A stretch of DNA of 64,000 nucleotides from Saprospiraceae bacterium (GCA_020629515.1 JAHDDE010000009.1:16474-80473), one strand, 5' to 3'; positions 37,882 to 48,301 are shown, numbered from the stretch's first letter. Made by a program: numbers and translations. Notes: generated by a model not told the origin, from the sequence alone.

Positions 37882-38793
37882 ATGAAGTTTGAGCTCTTAG
37901 TCTTAGGGGCTAATTCTGCAACACCCTTACCAGATCGATTTCCTTCATGTTTTGTGCTTAATCATGATAATCACCTTTTTATAATTGACTGTGGAGAGGG
38001 AGCTCAGATCAAAATGTCCCAGTATAAGGTAAAGAGGTCCAGGGTCAATCATATTTTCATTTCTCATATGCACGGGGATCATATTTTTGGATTACCGGGC
38101 TTGATTAATTCTTTTAATCTGAATGGAAGACAAAATCCTTTAACGATCTTTGGTCCTTTTGGCCTTAAAAATTATATTCATAATACACTTGCAAGTACCC
38201 AGGCAAGGTTAACTTTTGAGTTGAAAATTGTTGAATTGGATATCGAAGAAGCAGAAATTATTCTGGCCTTGAAGCATTTATCTATTTGTGCTTTTCCCTT
38301 AAAACATCGCATCCCAACCTACGGATATAGATTTGAAGAAGTCAATCTTGAAAAGAATATAGAGGTGGGGGTTATAGAAAAATATAATTTGACCATTGAA
38401 GAAATTAAAAGTATCAAGAATGGTCATGACCTAATAAGAGATAATGGTGAGATTCTCTCAAATGATTTACTAACAAAACCTGATAGATTGAAAAGGGCCT
38501 TCACGTATTGTTCTGATACAATTTATGATGAAGGTATTATTCCCTATTGTCAAAATACATCGACATTGTATCATGAGGCCACTTATCTCCAAGAGTTGGA
38601 AGACTTAGCGGAAAAGAGATTTCACAGTACAGCGCAACAAGCGGCTCAGATTGCATCTCAATCAAATGCAGCTCAACTGATCATAGGACATTATTCGAGT
38701 AGATATAAAGAGCTTAATCCTTTATTGCAAGAGGCAAAAGAAGTTTTTGATAATACCCAATTGGCCATAGAAGGTCGTTCATATAGTATTTAA
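37882..38793 (+). CDS. rnz: Ribonuclease Z
   Basis: DCGEGAQ, HMHGDH, YCSDT, HEATY, HST and GHYSSRY. Confidence 0.96.
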   Translation: MKFELLVLGANSATPLPDRFPSCFVLNHDNHLFIIDCGEGAQIKMSQYKVKRSRVNHIFISHMHGDHIFGLPGLINSFNLNGRQNPLTIFGPFGLKNYIHNTLASTQARLTFELKIVELDIEEAEIILALKHLSICAFPLKHRIPTYGYRFEEVNLEKNIEVGVIEKYNLTIEEIKSIKNGHDLIRDNGEILSNDLLTKPDRLKRAFTYCSDTIYDEGIIPYCQNTSTLYHEATYLQELEDLAEKRFHSTAQQAAQIASQSNAAQLIIGHYSSRYKELNPLLQEAKEVFDNTQLAIEGRSYSI

Positions 38794-38803
38794 AAAACAA
38801 TGT

Positions 38804-39136
38804 TTACATCAAGCGATCTAAGAAATCTAACGTGATGAGCTCCAACTTAGATACTGTACCATCCGCATAAAAATGTTCTGATATAGCATTTAATAGTTCT
38901 GACTTTTTGATTTGGTCTGGATAAAATGTGGGTTTCCCTTTAATAATTAAATCGAGGCGCTCAAATTCTCCAAGTTGCTCATACAATTTGTTTACTTCAT
39001 CAAATGTGGAGGAATCTACCCTTGACAGAATTGCCTTACGTTCTGACAAAGAAAAATCTAAATCAGCATAAGACGCATAGATTAAAAGAAAAGTAAGAAA
39101 CTGATCATATGTCCAATGCTCTGGATTAGTTGACAT
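38804..39136 (-). CDS. Small TerB-like helical protein
   Basis: LIYASYAD..FS..E and FYADG.VS.LE pattern resembling TerB-like proteins. Confidence 0.5.
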   Translation of the reverse strand: MSTNPEHWTYDQFLTFLLIYASYADLDFSLSERKAILSRVDSSTFDEVNKLYEQLGEFERLDLIIKGKPTFYPDQIKKSELLNAISEHFYADGTVSKLELITLDFLDRLM

Positions 39137-39165
39137 TGCAGGTGGTTATCATGTATCACAAAATA

Positions 39166-39615
39166 CTAAATAAGATCTGACTGAGGGATATCATCGACTT
39201 GTCGATATTGTTGGAGGTTAAAATCTTTTTGAAAAATAATGTTACGATAACCATTTGTTAACCACACATATTGACCATTAATAATTTGATCATAAATCGC
39301 TGCCTGCTCTTGAGCGGCTTGATTGAGCGGTACATCTGAACTCTTGCATTCTACGAGTATTATTGGGTTTATCAATTTATTATAGACTACAATATCGTAT
39401 CTCTTTCTTTTGTGATAGTACTCGATAGTTTTTTCTACTGATATGAGTCTTTCTGAATATTTACGTTGATCGATTAAAAAGTGTATGACACTTTGTCTTA
39501 CCATTTCTTCTGGAGTAAGTATGAGCCATTTCTTTCTGACTCTTCCCCAGATATATTGAACGTTTTTTTGTTTTTTTGTCCTAATATTAGGTATATGCTG
39601 GGATAAATCTATCAT
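39166..39615 (-). CDS. Stand-alone type I restriction enzyme HsdR N-terminal (PD-(D/E)xK) domain protein
   Basis: LTPEEMVRQ, RYDIVV, LVECK, QAAIYD and LTNG. Confidence 0.88.
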   Translation of the reverse strand: MIDLSQHIPNIRTKKQKNVQYIWGRVRKKWLILTPEEMVRQSVIHFLIDQRKYSERLISVEKTIEYYHKRKRYDIVVYNKLINPIILVECKSSDVPLNQAAQEQAAIYDQIINGQYVWLTNGYRNIIFQKDFNLQQYRQVDDIPQSDLI

Positions 39616-41899
39616 CCTTTTTATGGTCCATTACTACTGCTGAATTTATAGAATATATTGTCGATGCATCAATACGAGATAAAATCTTGTTTATTGTCGT
39701 ATTGTATTGTTTGGCCATTTCGATTGTATTGACATCTATCAAATCTATGCCCGACTCTTCGAGTAATTTAATTACATGAATTTGCCATGGAATAGACTCC
39801 AACTTATTATCATTAATTAACCCATTTTCATATAGAATCATCACTTTATTATCTATAGGAATAAGAGCATCCAACAGGTCCTCTGCCAAATTAGATTTAT
39901 CATAAAGAATATTCAGTTCTTTAGCAGGAAGTAATTCTATTAGTTTGGAATTGAAGACTTCACTACAAAATGAAATGATCGATTTATTTTTAAGTTGATA
40001 AACTGAAAATCGATGGCAAATATCTGCGAGTGCTACACTCAAGCTTTTAGCTTGATTTAGCCTTTCTGAACTCTCAAGAAGCTGAAAGGGCTGCCCGTAT
40101 TTGAGTTTTATGTGTTCGCTAAAAAAGCAGCGAGTTTCGAATTTTGTTTGAATATTGTCAATATTCAGATTATACGATCCGACTATAGAAACTTCAATTC
40201 CGTTTTGCATAAGCGGATTGATAAAAGTAGATGAAGTTTCTTTTTGATTATAAAAAATTATATGGTCCCAATGTTCTAATGATCCTGAAAATTGATTTAA
40301 ATCTTCTGACTTAACGATCATTAATGGAAAATAGGTTGATATATAATTGGGGGCTATATCATAAATGTCCGATAATTTTAGATCAGTTTCATGACCTGAC
40401 AAGAGTATTGTTGCCATTTCTTTTTGATGAACTTTAAAGTTCTCGAAAGCATCTCTTCTTATATCGATCCAGTAGTTATGTATACAATCACTCGCAGCAT
40501 CTGATTGTTTATGGATTAATTCACTCAACCGATGGTAGTTAGAATTGAAGCCGGCTTGGTTTAGGTTAATATACTTTTGTACGACTACCTCTTGTGTATA
40601 TTTACTAGCAATTGTTGTCCAATCTCCCTGGTGTTGATCAATGAAAAAGTCAATTATACTGTCATTAATGTTTAACTCGGATTGGAGCAATCTGTATGCA
40701 GTATATTCCTTATCAGACAAAAGAGATTGTATCTGAAGAAGTTTGTCATTGGTAAGGTTGAGGTCATTTTCTAATGATATAAGAGATAAGGGTTTTGTGT
40801 TAATACGAAGATTTATAAGATCACATTCTCCTATTTCTTTTTCAATTTCTAATAGAATTTTGTTCAGTCTTTGCCATTGCTTTTTTTCAATATTGAATGG
40901 TGTATATCGTTTAAACTCTTTATTTCTGAATTTTTCAATGATCTCACTCTGATTTTCTAATATCGATTCCAATGAATTAATAGATTGAGGTAATTCTTCC
41001 AAAAGGTTCTGCTCGCCAATGTCAATTGGATTTATTATTAATCTATTCTGCTTAATTTTCTGTAGAGCCTTAGAAATGTGCTCGTTCATTCTAACGTGCT
41101 CTTCTAAATCATAGGTGAAGTATATTTCTTTTAATTCGCTCAGCGCAAAACTTATATTCTTTAATTCTTGTAGCAATTCTTTATCGAGATCTTGTAGCAA
41201 ATTATCTTTGATCTCGTTTATTTCTTCTTTCGACAACCTTATCTGGTTTAATATCGAATCTATCCTATTTTTGGTATTGGTAATACTCGAACTTGATTGA
41301 TATACTGAGTTATCCAAAAGACCCAATGATATATTTCGAAATCTTGATTGGTATGCCTTTTCTAACTCCGTAAGAGCAAGGCAAAAATTATCAGTAAGAT
41401 GTATTTGTTTGAAGAATTGGTATTGCTGAGGAGTTAAGACTTGATTGGATTTGTGACCTTTGTTAAGGATATTTTCTTTTATACTAAGTCCACTTCCATT
41501 TTTACGGCTGAATCCTTGAATGTCTTTCATGATCCCTTCATGAAATCGCCGTCTATATCGGTCTATATGATCATGGGTATGTTGGTTACTTCTTACATGA
41601 CTTAGTGTGGTCAGAATACGGAATCGCTCTAAAAGCTTTTTAGAAAGATAATTTTCATTGTCCCAAAGGCAAGCGAAATGCGCCAGTTTTTGAGTACTTA
41701 ATGATTGAAAGACTTCCTCAGAGTCATAGTCATTATCAATAACTATAAGAGATTTCTTTTGTTTTAGTAAGGAGTCTTTAGCCTTAGACGATAGAAAATT
41801 GCTCCTATAACGTGAGTCTTCAAGTTTTAATATATTAATACAACCTGTGCCTATAGAAATTAGAGATTCCTCTATGGCGGGAGGAAGAGGAGTGTGCAT
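39587..41899 (-). CDS. Hypothetical 770-aa protein, apparently a degenerate SF1 helicase / very-short-patch nuclease-like derivative
   Basis: Intact ORF. Segments echo the AAA_11 helicase-REase architecture but lack Walker A and DExx motifs (see findings). Confidence 0.45.
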   Translation of the reverse strand: MHTPLPPAIEESLISIGTGCINILKLEDSRYRSNFLSSKAKDSLLKQKKSLIVIDNDYDSEEVFQSLSTQKLAHFACLWDNENYLSKKLLERFRILTTLSHVRSNQHTHDHIDRYRRRFHEGIMKDIQGFSRKNGSGLSIKENILNKGHKSNQVLTPQQYQFFKQIHLTDNFCLALTELEKAYQSRFRNISLGLLDNSVYQSSSSITNTKNRIDSILNQIRLSKEEINEIKDNLLQDLDKELLQELKNISFALSELKEIYFTYDLEEHVRMNEHISKALQKIKQNRLIINPIDIGEQNLLEELPQSINSLESILENQSEIIEKFRNKEFKRYTPFNIEKKQWQRLNKILLEIEKEIGECDLINLRINTKPLSLISLENDLNLTNDKLLQIQSLLSDKEYTAYRLLQSELNINDSIIDFFIDQHQGDWTTIASKYTQEVVVQKYINLNQAGFNSNYHRLSELIHKQSDAASDCIHNYWIDIRRDAFENFKVHQKEMATILLSGHETDLKLSDIYDIAPNYISTYFPLMIVKSEDLNQFSGSLEHWDHIIFYNQKETSSTFINPLMQNGIEVSIVGSYNLNIDNIQTKFETRCFFSEHIKLKYGQPFQLLESSERLNQAKSLSVALADICHRFSVYQLKNKSIISFCSEVFNSKLIELLPAKELNILYDKSNLAEDLLDALIPIDNKVMILYENGLINDNKLESIPWQIHVIKLLEESGIDLIDVNTIEMAKQYNTTINKILSRIDASTIYSINSAVVMDHKKDDRFIPAYT

Positions 41900-42052
41900 G
41901 TAGTTTAGTTATTTGTTTCCTTATTGTAAATATATGAATATTTATAATATGTATTATATATGCACAAATAATTAATGTGTATTCTATTGAATATTAAGTA
42001 CTTTTTAGATTTTGAGTTGCTATATTATTTCTAAGTGCAATTGATTTGATCT

Positions 42053-42622
42053 TTACTCAACTATTCCTCCACTAATTTTTTCACCATTTTTATATAAGTA
42101 TTCCAATGTAAGATTTCCTTCTTCATTGAAGTATTGAAGTTTACCATCTTGTTTGCCATTCTTGAATGATCCTTTACGTTGGAGGATTTCTCTACTATTG
42201 TATATCGCGAAAGGCCCATCTAATGTGCCTTTATCATACGAAGTCTCTTCTAATACACGGCCAAAATCATATTTAGCATCTATGCCATGCTTAACATCAT
42301 TGATATATGAAGTCATAGTTTCTATCTGACCTCTATCATTCATGTTAATTTGTACTCCGTTTTTAAGGCCATTTACGTAATTAGTGATTGATTTAATTTT
42401 GTTGGATTGCGGATGATAGGTAACCCATGCACCATTTCTTACACCATTGATCACTGTACCTGTGGCCAAGTAATATTGATCGTCATCTTGATAGGAAACA
42501 TATTTAGCGTTGCTATTAATCGTTTCGGTATCATAACTCTTTAAGTCAAATTGAGGTCCTGTACCTGACGACTGACACCCCATAATGATGGCTAATAAAG
42601 AACAAATAAGTGTAGGTTTCAT
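42053..42622 (-). CDS. MORN-variant repeat (YwqK-like) lipoprotein
   Basis: Lipobox IMGC; repeated G...Y.NG.K.G....Y units. Confidence 0.85.
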   Translation of the reverse strand: MKPTLICSLLAIIMGCQSSGTGPQFDLKSYDTETINSNAKYVSYQDDDQYYLATGTVINGVRNGAWVTYHPQSNKIKSITNYVNGLKNGVQINMNDRGQIETMTSYINDVKHGIDAKYDFGRVLEETSYDKGTLDGPFAIYNSREILQRKGSFKNGKQDGKLQYFNEEGNLTLEYLYKNGEKISGGIVE

Positions 42623-42799
42623 GAATTAGAAATATAATGCACAGCTAAAATAATTCGAAGAATTATAACAAAGCATAATATATTACACATTTTTACAATA
42701 TAGAATAATCCGAATACTCATTTTTCTCTTTGAATAAGATTTATTCTGGTGTGAAAGTGAAACATATTCAGTCTTACATATTGGGTCTAAAAGTGCTAT

Positions 42800-44449
42800 A
42801 TGGAGAACAAAGAAGTGGCTAAAAATTTTCAATTATTAGGTAAATTATTGGAACTGCATGGCGAAAATCCATTTAAAACCAGATCCTATTCTTCCGCATA
42901 TGTGACCATTCGAAAATTAGGCTTCCCTGTCATAGAAAAACCAAAAGAGGAATTGCTCAATATTCAAGGCATCGGAAAGGCTATTTCTGATAAAATTGAA
43001 GAGCTAAGAGAAACGGGAAAAATAGCTACTTTAGAAAGGTATCTCGATCAAACTCCTAAGGGAATTATTGAGTTACTCCAAATTAAAGGTTTTGGTCCCA
43101 AAAAAGTAAGGGCTGTATGGAAAGAGATGGGGATTGAGTCTGTAGGAGAATTGTTATATGCTTGCCAAGAAAATAGATTGGTGGAGTTAAAAGGATTTGG
43201 TGCTAAAACTCAAGAAGCACTTCAAGCACAATTAATTTATTTTTTAGATAGTAAAGGTAAGTATCTGTATGGGCACATTATTAATGAAGGTCGTAAACTT
43301 AAAAGGTACTTGCTGAATCATTTTAAACATTCAAGATTTGAGTTCATAAATGGCCTGAAACGAAAGATGCCCATAGTAGATGGTATCGAAATCCTTATGG
43401 ACCATAAAGAAGATGAGGTTCGAATGTTTTTGACTTCTCTATCAGAATGTGAAATAATCAATGATTCTATTCATTTTGAGGGGTCTAAGGTAGTTTTATA
43501 TCCATGTGCTGATTCAGCAGAATTTGATCAGTTGATGTTCAAAGGTTCAGCATCTGAGTCTTTTTTGAATGCTTGGTATGATACGATAGGAATAGATACT
43601 TTCGCTAATAGTCGTTCCGATTTTAGAAAATTAGGAATTAGTTACATACCTCCAGAGACTCGAGAATCTCCTCATCTGATTCAATTAGCTAAGAAGATGG
43701 ATTCTTTGGAGCTGATCGATTATTCTGATATTAAAGGAGTTGTACATTCGCATTCGACATTCAGTGATGGAACTAATACCATTGAGGAAATGGCTCAAGC
43801 TTGTATCGAAGAGGGATACGAGTATTTAGTGATGAGCGATCATTCTAAGGCTGCGTTTTATGCTAATGGACTTTCAGAAGAAAGAGTACTACACCAAATG
43901 AAAACCATCGATGATATTAATGATAGAATAAACGGGTTGCATATTTACAAAAGCATAGAGTGTGATATTCTTCATTCGGGTGATTTAGATTATGACGACC
44001 AATTTTTAGAACATTTTGATTTGGTCATTTCCTCGATCCATTCTAATCTTAAAATGGATAAGAAGAAAGCCACGGATAGATTACTTAAAGCTATAGAGCA
44101 CCCAGCAACCTCCATATTAGGACATCCTACTGGTCGGCTCCTTTTGTCGCGAGAAGGATATCCCATCGATCATAAGATGATTATAGACCGATGTGCGGCC
44201 TACAATGTGGCGATAGAACTTAATGCAAATCCATATAGACTGGATTTAGACTGGGAGTGGATATATTATGCACGAGAGAAGGAAGTCTTAATATCAATTA
44301 ATCCAGATGCTCATAGTACGGCAGGAATAGCCGATATAAAGTTTGGAGTTGATGCCGCTCGAAAAGGTGGACTAAAAGTCTCAGAATGTTTGAATACCAA
44401 AAGTAAAGCGCAATTTGATGAATGGATATCGAAACAGAAGTCCTGTTAA
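42800..44449 (+). CDS. polX: DNA polymerase X / PHP 3'-5' exonuclease fusion, non-canonical polymerase site
   Basis: GENPFKTRSY, HhH GIGKAI and GFGPKK; PHP motifs HSHSTFSDG, SDHS, ECDI, GHPTGR, ELNAN and PDAH. Confidence 0.92.
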   Translation: MENKEVAKNFQLLGKLLELHGENPFKTRSYSSAYVTIRKLGFPVIEKPKEELLNIQGIGKAISDKIEELRETGKIATLERYLDQTPKGIIELLQIKGFGPKKVRAVWKEMGIESVGELLYACQENRLVELKGFGAKTQEALQAQLIYFLDSKGKYLYGHIINEGRKLKRYLLNHFKHSRFEFINGLKRKMPIVDGIEILMDHKEDEVRMFLTSLSECEIINDSIHFEGSKVVLYPCADSAEFDQLMFKGSASESFLNAWYDTIGIDTFANSRSDFRKLGISYIPPETRESPHLIQLAKKMDSLELIDYSDIKGVVHSHSTFSDGTNTIEEMAQACIEEGYEYLVMSDHSKAAFYANGLSEERVLHQMKTIDDINDRINGLHIYKSIECDILHSGDLDYDDQFLEHFDLVISSIHSNLKMDKKKATDRLLKAIEHPATSILGHPTGRLLLSREGYPIDHKMIIDRCAAYNVAIELNANPYRLDLDWEWIYYAREKEVLISINPDAHSTAGIADIKFGVDAARKGGLKVSECLNTKSKAQFDEWISKQKSC

Positions 44450-44540
44450 TGCGTTGTTAACCGTGAGTACATATTATGAATAAGCATAAAATGCTTTACT
44501 TTTGTATTAGATTAATTTGTAAAATAAAATTGTATAAATA

Positions 44541-45059
44541 ATGAATTCTTTTAAATCTCTTTTACTTCTTGTTTGCGCTGTTGCATTGACAGTAGCATGT
44601 AAGAATGAAACCGTTAAAGATGATACTCGTGCAAGTGTTGCTACAGCAGGTACGACTCAAACTACTACACCTGCTGCTACTCCTGCGGAGACAGTACCTG
44701 TAGGACCTCTAACTTCAATTGATTATCCAGAGACAGAGTTTAACTTTGGAGAAATCGAAGAAGGAGAAAAAGTTATTCACGAGTTTGCTTTTAAAAATAC
44801 TGGAACTGAGCCATTAGTAATATCTAAAGCTCAAGGATCATGTGGATGTACTGTTCCTGATTGGCCAAGAGAGCCTATCCCAGTTGGTGAAACAGGTGTA
44901 ATCAAAGTACAATATGATTCAAGAGGAAAAGGTAAAACGAGAGCTGAAGGTGGAAGAGCAGAAAATAAGCGAGTTACTATCACAGCTAATACTGATCCTG
45001 TGAATACTTACCTTTATGTGAAAGGTACTGTTTACAAGCCAGATGCTCCAGAAAGCTAA
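44541..45059 (+). CDS. DUF1573 domain lipoprotein
   Basis: Lipobox TVAC; FNFGEI...FKNTG.EPLVI....SCGCTVP; TACTTTTG promoter element at 44497-44504. Confidence 0.92.
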   Translation: MNSFKSLLLLVCAVALTVACKNETVKDDTRASVATAGTTQTTTPAATPAETVPVGPLTSIDYPETEFNFGEIEEGEKVIHEFAFKNTGTEPLVISKAQGSCGCTVPDWPREPIPVGETGVIKVQYDSRGKGKTRAEGGRAENKRVTITANTDPVNTYLYVKGTVYKPDAPES

Positions 45060-45085
45060 GTATAGCTATTCTTAAGGATTTTATT

Positions 45086-45122
45086 AAAGCTTCGAATTGA
45101 GTAATTCGGAGCTTTTTTGTTT
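45086..45122 (+). terminator. Intrinsic terminator after the DUF1573 gene
   Basis: aaagcttcgaatt gagt aattcggagcttt followed by a T-run. Confidence 0.8.
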
Positions 45123-45181
45123 TATGCATGTTCAATCTATTTGAGTTTCATATATTCAGTGAGCAAAACAACTTACTGACT

Positions 45182-48100
45182 ATGAAACAATTAATGTGCG
45201 CCATATTACTCTTTATATTTTGGTGCGATATGTCTACGATTACCGCACAAAATGATGTTTCATTTAATGAGACATATAAGAATTTAAAGTTTAGAAATAT
45301 TGGACCCTTTAGAGGTGGTCGCTCTGTGGCATCTACTGGAGTACATAACGACCCCCTTACTTACTATATGGGTTCGACTGGCGGAGGGTTATGGAAGACT
45401 CAAGATGCAGGTACTTCGTGGATTAATATTTCTGATGGATTTTTTGAAACTGGATCTGTTGGAGCTGTTGCCGTATCAAAAAGTGACCCAAATGTAATTT
45501 ACGTAGGTATGGGTGAACATCCAGTAAGGGGAGTAATGACATCACATGGTGACGGAATATATAAATCTACAGATGCAGGTAAAACTTGGAAACACCACGG
45601 ACTTTTAGAAAGCCGTCATATAGCAGAAATTGTAATTCATCCTCAAAATTCAAATATCGCTTATGTTGCTGTCCAGGGAGCCGTTCACGGAGATAGTGAC
45701 GAAAGAGGTGTCTACAAAACTGTTGATGGAGGCATAACTTGGGATAAAGTATTATACGTGGATGAAAAGTCTGGGGCGTCTGACATTTCAATGGATGCAA
45801 GTAATCCCCGTATTCTTTATGCTTCGTTTTGGGATCATAGGAGAACTCCATGGCAGGTTAGATCAGGTGGCACAGGTTCTGGACTTTACAAAAGTACTGA
45901 TGGCGGTACAACATGGGACAAATTGAAGAACGGGTTGCCAAGGGAAATGGGCAAAACTTCTATAGATGTATCTCCGGCTAATTCAAATATTGTATATGCA
46001 AATATAGAAGCCAAAGGTACCAAAGGTGGTGTTTATCGATCTTTAGATGGTGGTAAAAACTGGACTCAGACAAATAGCGACCGTATAACAGTCGCTCGAG
46101 CATGGTACTATATCGAGATTTTTGCAGATCCTAATGATGAGAATACGGTCTATGTGCTCAATGCTCCTATGCTTAAATCTATAGATGGCGGTAAAACTTT
46201 TAAAACAATTAGTAATCCTCATGGTGATCAACACCATATGTGGATCAATCCGGCTAACTCTCAGAACATTATTCTTTCTAATGATGGTGGAGCTTGTATA
46301 ACTTTTAATGGTGGGGATACTTGGACATCTCAAGAAAACCAGCCCACCGCACAGTTCTATAGAGTGATCACCGATGCAAAGTTTCCATATAAGGTTTATG
46401 CTGGTCAGCAAGATAATTCATCATTAATCATTTCATCTCGGACGAGTAGATCGGGTATTGGTTGGAAGGATTGGACTTCCGGCCCAGGTTGCGAAAGTGC
46501 TTTTTTAGCATTTGATCCAGACAATCCTGTAGAGGTCTTTGGCACTTGTATTCAGGGAGGTATAACTGCTATGGATATGGCAACTGGACATCAAAGAGAT
46601 GTTATGGCATATCCAATAATAGGGTTAGGTTGGACACCATCAGAGATGAAATATAGATTTAATTGGAATGCACCATTAGTCGCCTCAATCCAAGATCCTA
46701 ATGTCATGTATCATGCAGGAAACAAGGTGTTAATGACTACAGATCGAGGGGTGTCATGGAAAGAAATAAGCCCTGATTTAACTCGTGATGATAAATCAAA
46801 GCAGATAGATGGAGGAGTGCCGTTCACTAACGAGGGAGCTGGGGGAGAAGTATATAATACAATAGCCTACCTCGAATTGTCTCAACATAATCCTAAAAGA
46901 ATCTGGACAGGAAGTGATTGTGGGATGGTCTTTACAACTTCTGATAATGGTTTAAACTGGGAAAATGTTACACCTAAGCAATTGGGCGAGGTGCTTGTAA
47001 ATAGCATTGATGTTTCTCCACATAAAAGTGATAAAGTATATATAGTAGGTTCTAATTACAGGTTTAACGATTTTTCTCCAATAATTTATCGATCAAACAA
47101 TAATGGCAAGAGTTGGAAAAGGATAGATGACGGATTACCACGTGATTCGTGGGTGAGGGTTGTGAGAGAAGATGAGAAGGTCGAAGGACTTTTATATGCA
47201 GGCACCGAAAATGGATTATATATATCTTATGATGATGGGAAAACTTGGGAATCTATGCAGCTCAATCTTCCCAAATGTCCAATTACGGATTTAACATTTA
47301 GAGATGATGATATGATCTTGGCGACTTCTGGGAGAGCCTTCTGGATTTTGGACGATTTAAGTTCCATAAGGGCTAATTTGAGTAATCAGCGATATACTTC
47401 AATCTTAAATCCTAAACCGACCTTTAGAGTTTTATCTGGTGGTGGGTTCAGACCTGGGAGTACCAAAGGACAAAATGCGCCCAATGGCGCTATTATAGAT
47501 TATTATCTACCAGATCAAAAGGATTCAATAACCATTGTATTAGAAATATTAGATAAGGATAATCGCATAGTGAGATCTTTTAGTAATAAAAAAAGTGATG
47601 ATTATGTAAAATATGTTGGAGGGCCAAATGCTGAAAAGCTATTATCAGCTAATAGAGGGGTAAATAGATTCGTTTGGGACTTAAAGACAGAGTCAATGTC
47701 TGGTGTTGAAAATGTATTTATGTTAGGTGGATATGGAGGGGCAATTGTACCTCCTGGAAAATATAAATTGAAATTGATGGTGGACGATGAGCTTGTGGAA
47801 TCAGAAATTGATCTCCTTCCAGATCCAAGAATTGAAGCTGGCCCTGAGGCCTATGAAGAACAGTTCAAAAATATAATGGAACTGCGAGAGGCCATTAATG
47901 AAATCCATGATAAAGTGGCCCATTCTACCAAAACTAAAACCAAACTCGAAAGATTTATCAAAGACTATAGCAATCATGATGAGGCTATTGATTTGATCAA
48001 TATGGCTACTGAGATAAATGGTCTCATTAATTCTTGGGAGTCAGAATTAATTCAAAGAGATCAAAAAACTTTTCAAGATGTGATCAATTTTCCCAATAAG

Positions 48101-48301
48101 TTAAATGCGGAAATGGCAAATCTAATGTCCACGATGAATGTATCACAACCTATATTGACAGAAGGTATGAGGGTAAGGAAAAAGGAATTATTGGCTCAAT
48201 GGGCTAAGTCTCACAAACATTTTGCTGATACTATTGTGAAAGAAGTTGAATTATTTAATCAAGCTTTTAGTGCTTCTGGTATAGGGTTTATTACAAGATA
48301 A
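45182..48301 (+). CDS. VPS10/BNR-repeat beta-propeller protein (glycosyl hydrolase-like)
   Basis: RNIGPFRGGR; many S/T-x-D-x-G-x-T/S-W Asp-boxes; DQHHMWINP; signal peptide from ATG 45182. Confidence 0.9.
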   Translation: MKQLMCAILLFIFWCDMSTITAQNDVSFNETYKNLKFRNIGPFRGGRSVASTGVHNDPLTYYMGSTGGGLWKTQDAGTSWINISDGFFETGSVGAVAVSKSDPNVIYVGMGEHPVRGVMTSHGDGIYKSTDAGKTWKHHGLLESRHIAEIVIHPQNSNIAYVAVQGAVHGDSDERGVYKTVDGGITWDKVLYVDEKSGASDISMDASNPRILYASFWDHRRTPWQVRSGGTGSGLYKSTDGGTTWDKLKNGLPREMGKTSIDVSPANSNIVYANIEAKGTKGGVYRSLDGGKNWTQTNSDRITVARAWYYIEIFADPNDENTVYVLNAPMLKSIDGGKTFKTISNPHGDQHHMWINPANSQNIILSNDGGACITFNGGDTWTSQENQPTAQFYRVITDAKFPYKVYAGQQDNSSLIISSRTSRSGIGWKDWTSGPGCESAFLAFDPDNPVEVFGTCIQGGITAMDMATGHQRDVMAYPIIGLGWTPSEMKYRFNWNAPLVASIQDPNVMYHAGNKVLMTTDRGVSWKEISPDLTRDDKSKQIDGGVPFTNEGAGGEVYNTIAYLELSQHNPKRIWTGSDCGMVFTTSDNGLNWENVTPKQLGEVLVNSIDVSPHKSDKVYIVGSNYRFNDFSPIIYRSNNNGKSWKRIDDGLPRDSWVRVVREDEKVEGLLYAGTENGLYISYDDGKTWESMQLNLPKCPITDLTFRDDDMILATSGRAFWILDDLSSIRANLSNQRYTSILNPKPTFRVLSGGGFRPGSTKGQNAPNGAIIDYYLPDQKDSITIVLEILDKDNRIVRSFSNKKSDDYVKYVGGPNAEKLLSANRGVNRFVWDLKTESMSGVENVFMLGGYGGAIVPPGKYKLKLMVDDELVESEIDLLPDPRIEAGPEAYEEQFKNIMELREAINEIHDKVAHSTKTKTKLERFIKDYSNHDEAIDLINMATEINGLINSWESELIQRDQKTFQDVINFPNKLNAEMANLMSTMNVSQPILTEGMRVRKKELLAQWAKSHKHFADTIVKEVELFNQAFSASGIGFITR

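Noticed and set aside
39166-39615. Type I restriction-modification system
   Set aside because: Only a stand-alone HsdR N-terminal domain is present, with no helicase motor, hsdM or hsdS in the window.
42053-42622. Toxin-antitoxin module (YwqK antitoxin label)
   Set aside because: It is a MORN-variant repeat lipoprotein with no adjacent toxin-like gene.
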